The translations under genes and the position numbers were made by a program. Shown one piece after another: positions 40,880 through 51,292 of a DNA stretch of 64,000 nt (positions are counted from its first letter, which is position 1; each line of letters opens with the position of its first letter). Below the pieces are notes generated by a model, which saw only the letters and a list, made by a program, of their open reading frames with translations, ran no database searches and was not told the origin of the DNA. This DNA comes from Geosiphon pyriformis uo1 (lineage: Eukaryota > Fungi > Glomeromycota): positions 113,866 to 177,865 of the forward strand of contig JAAOMT010000514.1 of the NCBI GenBank assembly GCA_016748015.1. The letters run 5' to 3'.

Positions 40880-42300
40880 TTGGAAGAAAAACTCTTTCGA
40901 ATCAAAATGGGTCTCTTAGAACCTCAACAACAAAGACAATTGAAACAATTGATAACTGAATTTGCACATATATTTGCAAAAGACAACAATGACCTGAGAA
41001 AAACGAATATGGTTCAACATCAGATCCATACAGGAGATGCTCCACCAAAATGTCAGCAAGCTTACAGAGTGCCATTTGCTAGCCACCAAATCATCAGAGA
41101 AGAAGTCCAGAGAATGCTCAATAACGGATTGATTCAACCATCAAGAAATCCTTGGGCTTCATCAGTAGTTCTTGTCAAAAAGAAAAATAAAAAAATCAGA
41201 TTTTGTGTTAACTATTACCAATTGAACAGTGTGACAATTGGAGATGTCTACCCTCTTCCAAGAATTGATGACATGCTAGATGCTCTAGGAAAAGCCAAGT
41301 TTTTCTCAACTTTAGACTTGGAAAGTGAATACTGGCAAGTCAAAATGAACTCAAAAGACCGACCCAAAACAGCATTCACCACCCAAGGAGGAAACTATGA
41401 GTTCAATGTTATGCTTTTTGAACTCTACAATACACCAGCAACATTCCAAAAACTCATAGATATTGTATATGAAGGATTCTTATGACAATCAGTAGTTGTT
41501 TATCTTGATGACACTGATGTATACTCACCAAGCTTTAAAGCCTACTTCATTCACCTGCGAGAAGTTTTTCAATGATTACGGAAAGCAAAATTAAAGTTAA
41601 ACATTGAAAAATGTCACTTTGGAAAAACAAACTTGATTTTTCTTGAACACATAGTTAATAAAAATAGAGTCAAACCAAATCCAAAAACAATCAGTGCTGT
41701 CAAAAACTTTCAAACTCCCAAAAATACCACAGAACTATGAGAATTTGTAGGATTAGCCTCTTACTATTAAAAATTCATAAAAGGATTCTCAGAAATTGCC
41801 AGACCACTCAATTATCTTACCAACAAAAATGTATCATACAAATAGACTGAAAAACAACAAAAAGCTTTTGAAACTCTTAAAACAAAATTGACAACAGTCC
41901 CAGTTTTTGTTTACCCAGACTTCAACAAACGGTTTCAATTAGCCATTGATGCTTTACACATAGCATTTGATGCCATCTTATCACAATTAGATGAAAATGG
42001 GCAAGAACAAGTCATCACCTATGCTAGTAGAACACTCAAACCAACAGAATTAAAATATGGCTCAACTAAATTGGAAGCTGTCACAGTCATCTGGGCTTTT
42101 ACACATTTTCAATAATATCTGAAGAATGGAAAAGAATTTGACATAATAACGGACAATATTGGCTTCAAATGGCTCAATAAAAAGAAAACTGAACAAAGTG
42201 CCAAACAGTCTTAATGGAATGACTTCCTAGCAGACTACAGATATATTGTACACCACAAACCAGAAAAACTACATACCAATGTTGATAGCCTTTTAAGAAT
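40880..42300 (+). pseudogene. RT and RNase H of A2
   Basis: PWASSVVLV, RFCVNY, YPLPRID, LDL..EYWQ, KTAF, YLDD at 41501; RNase H IDAL...AIL, YASRTL, LEA. Confidence 0.95.
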
Positions 42301-42407
42301 GAGACAAAATTAATACCAACAACAAATTTCATCACAACTTACCAACCTACCAACAAAATAACCAAACAAAAATAGATTCCAGAAATTACAGCAATCTTAA
42401 AAATTAT

Positions 42408-43757
42408 TTGGAGACTCTTATCATGCCAGAAAACTGGTTTTCAAGTGAAATACCTCATTTACAATACCAATTAAAACAATATTTCATACACCAGAACAAA
42501 ATCTATTATAAAAATTACAGAAACCCAAACCAACCACTCAGATTAGTACAAGAAAATGAAAAAGAAACAATTTTATACAACATGCACACAGATCCGTCTT
42601 CAGCACACTTGGGAAGAGATAGAACAATTCAAAGAACTTTTGAGCATTATTTTTGGTCTCACATGCAAAAAAACATTCGACAATATATAGAATCTTGTGA
42701 TAGTTGTCAAAGAAAAGAAGGAACTCACCCCACAGAACCTTTAAATTCAATCAAAGTTGGACAACCTTTTGACAGAATTGGAATTGATTTAGTCGGACCA
42801 TTACTTATCACAACCCAAAGAAATCGCTATATTGCAGTAGCAGTAGATTATCTTACCAAATGGCCTGAAGCTAGAGCCATCCAAAGAGTAGATGCAAAAT
42901 CAGTAGCAAATTTCATCTATGAAGACATTATTTGTAGACATGAATGTCCAATTGAACTTTTATCTGATTAAGGAACACATTTTGTGAACAACTTGATACA
43001 AAAAATTTGTGAATAGTTCAATATCAAAAAACCTCTATCATCACCTTATCACCCTCAAACAAATGGACTTGTAGAACGTTTTAACAGAACATTGTGTGAA
43101 TCTCTAGCCAAAGTCTCAACAGACTTTGAGCAAGAATAGGATATCTTTATTCTATCAGTGTTACTAGCATACAGAATGCTAAAACAAGATACTATGAAAC
43201 ACACACTATTTGATCTTACTTATAAAAGAACAGCAACATTACCAATTAATTTCACAGTGGAAACATACCCAGTACAACCAATCAATAAAAAAAACTTTCA
43301 AAAAACACTCCAAAGAAGGGCCTATACTTTTCTCAATACACTAGAAGGAAAAAAAAGAATAGCAGCAACTCACATTGAACATTCTCAAGCTTAACAAAAA
43401 GATAAACATGACAATAAATTACCATCTATTATCAATGAATTTAAAGTTGGAAATAAAGTTCTCTTACACAAAACTAAGGCTGAAAAACAATGGAGTGGAA
43501 AATTTGAAAACAAATGGGATAGACCATTTTATATTCACAAAATTCTAGGCAATAGATCATACAAGTTAAGACTTGATGACAAAATACTAGCAAAAGTTGC
43601 ACATGGAGACAGATTGAAACACTATTATTTCAGAAACAATTCTGAAACATTAATTCTACAAATTGATACACATTCTCTTTTAATTAATTCTGAAGATATT
43701 CCCCAAAATTTAGAACCAATAATTATAATAGAACAACAACCAAACTTGAACACTTAA
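42408..43757 (+). pseudogene. Integrase of A2
   Basis: MH...AHLG...CDSC, IGIDLVGP, LLSD, PQTNGLVERFN, KWD(G)PF; no chromodomain follows. Confidence 0.93.
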
Positions 43758-43892
43758 ATTTTACAATAATTCTTTAATAAAAACACAAAGACAAAAAAAT
43801 AGTAAATAATTACAAAAAAACATCCAAACCCAAAAACAAATAAAAACCTCATATCCAAAAATAATTTTCTTTATTTTCCTTTTTCATAATTA

Positions 43893-44612
43893 GTCAATTT
43901 TATTAATGTTATTCCCAAAAATACTTAACAAATATCCCAAAAGTTAATGTTAGCCTTGAAAACACTTCCTAACTTATTCATAATGATTAATGGAAGTCAA
44001 ATTAATTACATTCAGAAAGAAACCACAGTCCTAATAGTAAATCATCCACAGAACTATCACCCTTATAGAAGAAAAACAAGAAGTCACTCTGAAAATAGGT
44101 TACCAAGACTTTTGAAGCAAGCACTGAAAGAAAATCTTTTAATTGCCCCTATTGACATTTCACTGAATGCTACAATGCAACAAAAACTTCTACTACTTCT
44201 CAATAAACAGGACAATGAACACACTCCTATTTATAAATACTTTTACATTGGAAAGACATTTTATGAATAAAAACTAGAACTTGAAGCAACAAATCTCACT
44301 CCTAAAGCTATACAAAAACAAATTCATAATGAATTCAAAACAGCAGCTGAATCAACAAATGCTCACTATAAACTTAGAGCAGCTTTTAGACTTTATGATT
44401 TGTTTAATACTTGTGAAAATGTTCTACAAAATCCCATACTGCAATCAATAAAAGTCCAATACATTGGCAAACTTACAGAACTGAAATTTCAACAATTTTC
44501 AGACCAGATTACTTCAATTATTTTGGATCACTATCTCAATATCACAGATAGTGTTTGGACTTTGATGGAGCTCAGTCTTAAGGAAGAAATTATGTTACCA
44601 GTAGAATTTTAG
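43893..44612 (+). pseudogene. ORF3 of A2, extra ORF between integrase and 3' LTR
   Basis: ORFs 43947-44270 and 44400-44612 are the same frame separated by one TAA; homologous position and motifs in families B and E. Confidence 0.75.
44568..44592 (+). other. GAGCTCA motif plus polypurine tract of A2
   Basis: gagctcagtcttaaggaagaaatta immediately before the 3' LTR. Confidence 0.75.
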
Positions 44613-45606
44613 CTATTAATTAACAGGAAAATTACCCTTATAATTCCTATAATTAATTAGTATATTAATATCATTTCAAATTATCATTTATTATTTAATC
44701 AATTATCACATATCACGATTCAATTAAATAATCTAATTAGTATAACAGAAAGTAAGATGATCAAATTATACAATACTCTGAACTTTGTAACATTCAAAAA
44801 TTTGCTGAAATTTACAGAAATTTGCCAAAATTTATAAGAAATTTGCCGAAATTTATAGAAATTTGCCAAAATTATGAATAGTTTACTCAAATTAATCAAT
44901 AGTTCAGTGAAATAACTTGTAGTTCATCAAAATGTATCTTTAATTCACTGAAATTTGAGCAAAGAGAAAAAGTGCAAGTTCATAGACTAGTACTACAACA
45001 AGTTGTATAAAAAAAGAGCTTTTTTTTTCAAGAAAATATATCTTACTTTAGATTTATCACTTAAAATCATTCCTATATACACAAAAAGAAATAAATATCA
45101 AATAATTTAAAAAACCAAATTCTTTAAATTATTGCACTTAGAAAATCTTCAAAAACCCAACTAACATTTTGAAATTGATTAGCTACCAATTTCAGTAAAC
45201 TGTTAGTGACTCCAGGCCTAAATAGAAAACGTTTCTCTTGATAAAATTCTATTTCTTTTACATTTTTTTTATTTTTTTTTTCTTTTCTTATTACAATCAT
45301 TAGGGTAGCCTACAGACAAGCTTCCTGTAGAAAAGTTGACTTTCATAGCAAAGTAACTACACATTTTTAGTAAGCTTCCAGATGAGCAATTCCTGGAAAA
45401 GAGTCGATGTTTACTACAATGTAACTATACAAAGTAACTGGCACGGAATTGGTCATTCCACTCATAAGCCCAGCAGTTCAAATTATAGGAGATAATTTGA
45501 AGATAAATTCAGTTATTGGAGGTTCAACTACTTCTAGAAAATGTGAATTTGCAACCAACAGACATTTACAACATTCAAAAAAAGAGACCAAAAACCTTTG
45601 GTAACA
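44593..45606 (+). repeat. 3' LTR of A2
   Basis: Direct repeat of 35634-36644. Confidence 0.93.
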
Positions 45607-46190
45607 CTGCTTATCACTGGTGTGGCATCCTAATTTGCATATAGTTGCTGGCTTTACCAGTAGGCTCTCGGCTAGTGTGCACACTTATTTTATAAAAGCC
45701 TTGTATTATTACCTGTCTATTGCTATTCAGAAGCGCCTTTATGATAAACATTATTCTAGTGTGTTGTGTTTGTATTGTGGTAATGTGGAGATATTAGATC
45801 ATGTGTTTTTTTGTAAGATTAGTAATTCTGTTAGGCACCAAATATTAAACTCTTACATGGCTTTATGGAAAGCTCTTTCTGGTTTTTCTTACTCCTCTTT
45901 AAGTGTGCTGCAGTTATTATCATCTTGTGTTTTTGATTCCTCTATATTCATGACTTTTTATAAGGGTTTTGTTTTTAATAGTTGGTTTCATAAGGCTGTT
46001 TATATTTTCTATAATCTCAAGGTTGTTAGTTTGGAGATTGTCAAATTTGTGCACTCTATTAGTTTCACTTTTAGGGATAATGTTTGAATGGTTCATGCTC
46101 AACATTGTGCCTATATAGAGAAGACTAGATTGATTTTATTGGATGGTTTGGTTTTTGTGTTGATTTCTGGTTTGGTGTCAAAGTTTTTGG
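45607..46190 (+). mobile_element. LINE ORF2 C-terminal fragment
   Basis: WHPNLHIVAGFTS...CLYCGNVEILDHVFFC, homologous to 25240-25800. Confidence 0.88.
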
Positions 46191-46871
46191 TGTTACCTGA
46201 GTAGAAAAACCAAAAAACTATAGAAAAACATAACAAAGAAACATGACAAGAAAAACGTAGTACAACTTGAGGTAACACAGAGCAAACGTGAGCAATAGCT
46301 AGCAATAACAAGCAATAACTAGCAATAAAGAACAATAGCTAGCAATAGTGAAGCAATTAAAAGCAATTCTATAAAACCAAAAAAATATATAGAAGCAAGT
46401 AGTTGTAGAAGTTGAAAAGTCAGACAGTTAGTTAGAAATCAATTTTACTTTGTATTATACTTATCATATATCTATAGTTTGAAATACAATAAATTATCAA
46501 AACCAAATCCAATTCACCAATTCATGTTCTCTTATCTTATGGATTTTAATTGAAATTAAAATCAGTATTTCCTACTTTTGTTCTGAAACAGATGTCATTG
46601 GCATAAATGCCTCAAATTTTTAACAATTTGGACCAATAATTCTTGATCATGGTGATTGACAGGAACCAATTCTTTTTTTTTCTTTTTTTCTTTTTATTTT
46701 TTTCTTTTTTGGAATGGCAACATAAAAAAATTAACTGTCTTGGAATAGACTTCATGATAGTTTGGTAAAAGAGGGAAGCTCCCTCTAAGTTTTGGATATT
46801 AACATTATCTTGGTAGCTTACCAAAAAAGTAAAAAGACAACACTAGACCCTAATGACTACACTCATTAACA
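46191..46871 (+). mobile_element. Isolated LTR-like element of another family; right end uncertain
   Basis: Starts tgttacctgagtag, candidate end ctacactcattaaca; short agcaata repeats and a TATA-like box; flanks do not match. Confidence 0.55.
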
Positions 46872-47057
46872 CAGAAAAAAAAGTTCACATTTACAGAAAA
46901 CATTGCAATTGACAAAAAACAAACTCTGTGCCTTATAACCAAAGAACTCAATGAGTAAATTTACAGCCAGAAATAGACCTTTAGAGACTAATAACACTGA
47001 CATGACAGAAAAAGCAGACAACTTTGAAAGATAACCCAAAACTAGAGCACTAAACAT
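46872..47057 (-). mobile_element. Short LINE-like fragment
   Basis: Minus-strand T/G-rich open frame with LINE-like composition only. Confidence 0.35.
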
Positions 47058-47937
47058 TATTATTCATAAAAAGAAAAACAGATATAGGGAAAATAGTAGA
47101 CCAATGAGTGAATAGTATGTAGCATATGAGCACATTGCTCAGTAATGTAAAGCAATAATAGAAATCATATTGCTCAGCAATATGGAGCAATATCAGAAAA
47201 CATGGTATATTGCTCAGCAATATGGAGCAATATTAGAAAATTAGAGCACATCACTCAGCAATGTGAACATTGCTCAAGAAATCATAGCACATTACTCAGG
47301 AATATAAGCAATCTTGTAGAACATCAATTATGTATATATAGCAGTAGCATTAGAAGTAGAAAGATAAGAATTCTTTAGTTAGAAATCTTCTATCCACAAA
47401 TATTAAATAAATAAATCATTCACTATCCAAATCCACTCTCCATTATCAACACTTTATGTTGATAGTAATTGATACCTAACCATGCTAGAACAATAGCTCT
47501 TGATTACAGCTATTGATGAAATACTAATGTGCACATTGCCTTGGCTCATTTTTTTATTTTTTTTTATTTTTTTTTTTCTTTGATTTTTACTGTTGTATAC
47601 TAACTGATTAAAGATTAAAGTGCTAAGTAATTGATGTCACAGATAGCCTGGTAAAAGACCCAGAAATAAGAGTAAAATTATATATATATTAATGAATAAC
47701 TTACTAGAAAGACACAACTGCCAGAATAAACTGGCCACCAAGCTAAAGACAAAAATTGGGAACACAACTTACCAACCACCTACATTGTCATTGAATCTCT
47801 GTCCATTATACAAAAAACTCAACTCTAAAACCTTCAGATACAACCAACATACTAGTATCACCAGCATTGTCAAGATATTAAGCACCAAGTTATGGATTTG
47901 TTATTTGATTTGAGACCCCAAATAATCATCTTTAACA
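47058..47937 (+). repeat. 5' LTR of B2
   Basis: tattattcata (mutated TGTTACTCATA)...tttaaca; inverted homolog of 26675-27517. Confidence 0.88.
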
Positions 47938-47939
47938 TT

Positions 47940-47956
47940 TGGTGCTCCCTGTGAGG
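47940..47956 (+). other. PBS TGGTGCTCCCTGTGAGG, resembles the complement of an elongator tRNA-Met 3' end
   Basis: Same motif at 51332 and 55482; the tRNA assignment is from recalled similarity (…CCTCAC…GCACCA). Confidence 0.75.
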
Positions 47957-50900
47957 TATAATCCTATAGAGAACAGCACCAATCATAATTATCCAAACAG
48001 TGGCAGAATCCGAAGAAATAGGAACAAACCATTTAGGATTTGCAAAATCCTTATTTCAACACTATCACACTCATCTCAGATTAACAAATAATAGTTGGCC
48101 AACCAAATTAGCTTTCAATTGCTACATCAACAAAAGAATAGTATATCATTTGAGAGGCCAAAGAAATTCAGAATCCGCTTTCAACAACTTTTTCAGTAAA
48201 TTACTTCAAAGCACTACCCTTCCACAAAATTATCTATTTGCACCCCTAATTACAGAAATAAACAGAGAAATTGAAAAATACACCAAACAGAGATTTCCTA
48301 TCACTTTTGCAGACAAAAGCAAAGGAAAACTACAAATACCAGCAGGAATACCAAAGCAAATCCAACTACTCACTTAGAAAAAACAAAAGTTTGATTTACC
48401 TGCTAATCCATCATATCACCACACATCCAGAAGCACTATCAATATAATAAACACAGCTACAACAAATGCGACAACACCACTAAACAGAATTCCATTCCAA
48501 AGTAAACAAAAGAAGGCAGAGTTATTAGGAACATATGACAATTATTTTGAGGGATTTAAATCACAATTTCCAATATCATTAGGAATTTGATTACTGCTAT
48601 CACAACCAGATTTTGAAGCTGTTAGTCCTTGGAAAATAACTGACTCCAAGGAAAAAGAGAGTAGTGATTAGGAAGTTAATAAGCAAAACCTGATCTTAGA
48701 ACATTCAGAAATTAAAACTCTGGTTAATCAAACTCTGGAAAATCAGAATAATCAAAACTCCAATGTAATTAATCAGCACTTACCTCTAATAATTGTGATC
48801 AATCGACCACCAGCTTTACCAAACACCCAACAACAACAGTCACAACCACTACCTCAACAACAAATCCAGCAGCAATCACAACCCAACTTAGATCTAATGG
48901 TATACACACCAATAGTCAAACTCAAAAAATTCACCAGCGAAGAGGATGACACCCAAGTATGACTAAATGATATGGAGAAAGCCATTGCAGCTAATAGATG
49001 AAATAATGCCAAAGCCATGGAAGCCATCTCATATTTTCTCCAGAATACTGTCAATTCATAGTACCAAAGCCTAGTCAACAAACCCCAAGATTTTAATGCA
49101 TTCAAAATTGAGTTTTTAAGATACTTTAGCAACAATAACAGCATTAACAAGCTAGCAAACACATTCACTAATATCAAACAAGGAGAAAATAAAGCAGTCA
49201 CTACTTACTTAGAATGCTTCCATAGGAATCTGCACTAGATCCAAGCCATCGATGCCAATTATTTCACAGTAGTTCAGATCCTAAATCAGTTTATTTGCAG
49301 ATTATACAGTAGCATCCTGCAACATGTATGTCCATTGCATCTTATCGATCTGCAAGCAGCCATTACAAATGCCTAAGATTTTGAAGCTGCTAAACTCAAA
49401 GCTAACCATGCCCAAGCCATTAATCTAGTAATGAATGGATCATCTGAATTGAATTCCAAATTGAAACAATTAAGTAATTCCATCAATCAGAAATTAGAGG
49501 GATACTTAGCTGACTATTGTGCAATTTATTAACTACCACAACAATGCAATAATTCCAAAAACATGAATTGTTTCCAAAATCAATCACGTTTATCATTGTT
49601 GACCAATTAACAGTGGCAACAAGAAACATGTGTTTACTACTATTGTGGTAAACAAAGACACCTACAAATTGATTGCTGCCATTGCTTAAATAACCAATGA
49701 TTGGGAAATCAATATCGAAACCCCAATTGCCAGTTTCAAATTCTGAATAATCTACCAAACTCAGAGCCATATCATCAGAATTACATACTTATAACACAAT
49801 AGCCACTTTATCATCCACCAGTATATCAAGTGCTAATTTATCAACTGATAACACCAACAATTTATCAGCTGCAGTCACAACTCATTTATCAGCCACAGTC
49901 TCAGGTAATCTATCAGCCCCAACAAATTCAAACACCACTATAGAACTTATCTTAAAATGGAACCCAAAGGCCAAAATTGATCCAACAAAGCTAAAGATCG
50001 TTAATGGTAGTTCACCAACCAATTTCCAGTTCTTCTACACAACCAGCAGGATCTCAACAATGGAATTCAGGCACTGGGTATGCTCAAAACCCAAATTCTC
50101 AGAACTATTTAAGTCTTCTGGTTACCACAGAAGACACCCAACCCAATAATCTGGAGACCAACCAACAACCAACACTTACCAACAACATTCTGCCAGTTAC
50201 TATTACTGAGAACAAATAACTAAATGCCATCTTCCCATTTAAACTTGAAGAACCATCAACCACGCTGTTATTTAGTGGAGTCATTTTGAAAAAAAAACCT
50301 ATCACAGTCATGTATACTAATGCCAAAATTGATGGCCACTCCATCAAACTAATCCTAGACAGTGGATTAGCTGGCAGCATCATTACAAAACAACTTATGG
50401 ACCAATTAAGTCATCAAGTTAATTGTGCTGCCAGCGCCAGAATCATAACTGCTGATAGAACAACAAAAACTCTCATTGGTAAAATCAACAACTTCCCCAT
50501 CGAAGTCAATGGTATCATGATCCCAATTAAAGTACTGGTCATAGAAGCCACCCAATACCAAGCACTTATTGGGAATAATTGGCTATTCAAAACTAACACA
50601 TTGCTTGATTGGAATATGCAGGAGCTTCAAATTAGCCAGAACGGCTAACACACACACATACCAGCCACATGTGGCCATTTCAAGACCACCAACTCAACAA
50701 CCCCACTTATCGAATTCGAGGAAGAGAAAAAGGAACCTACCTGGGAAGCCTACCAAGTTTTTTGGGCTGACACTGAACACAATGAGCTACCACTAGTATC
50801 TTTGTGGGACAACAACAGCAAAGGAAAGCAGAGTGAAGAACTTATCTGGAAAGCTGACCAAGCCTGCAAAACTGACAACAACCAGGAAGAACAAATAAAT

Positions 50901-51292
50901 TGAGAATGGAAAGAAGACAAAAAAGGAAAAAGAAAGGGGAAGGAAAAAGAACCAACAACCAACAGCAACCCTACTTATAATTCTTACACTATACTCCACC
51001 GATCCACTTATTGCCACCCAAAACTGGTATGTGTTGATTGTGACAAGAAATTGTTGTCAATGGGCACTTGTTGTGGTAACAATGAGGAGTACACTTTGGC
51101 AACAAAATTTTACTGGAACACAACTTACCAACCAACTACATTGTCATTGAATCTCTGTCCATTATACAAAAAACTTAACTCTAAAACTTTCAGATATAAC
51201 CAATGTACCAGTATCACTAACATTGTCAAGATATTAAATACCAAGTTACAGATTTGTTATTTGATTTGAGACTCCAAATATCATCTGTAACA

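Larger units (their letters stand above)
35634..45606 (+). mobile_element. Ty3/Gypsy family A, copy A2 (best preserved)
   Basis: LTRs 35634-36644 and 44593-45606 (TGTTACC...GGTAACA), PBS, PPT, complete gag-pol domain series and ORF3. Flanks ccgg/ctgc do not form a TSD. Confidence 0.95.
47058..51292 (+). mobile_element. Gypsy family B, copy B2, internally deleted (5' LTR, gag, protease, start of Cys-rich domain joined to the last ~180 bp of an LTR)
   Basis: LTR 47058-47937, PBS 47940, gag, ILDSGLAG protease. At ~51115 pol (TKFY) jumps to sequence matching 47759-47937 and ends ctgtaaca. Confidence 0.88.

Noticed and set aside
43620-43760. Chromodomain at the integrase C-terminus
   Set aside because: After the GPF motif there is only a short tail with no chromodomain aromatic pattern in A or B.
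43893-44612. ORF3 as an envelope gene
   Set aside because: No evident signal peptide, furin-fusion peptide arrangement or transmembrane anchor.
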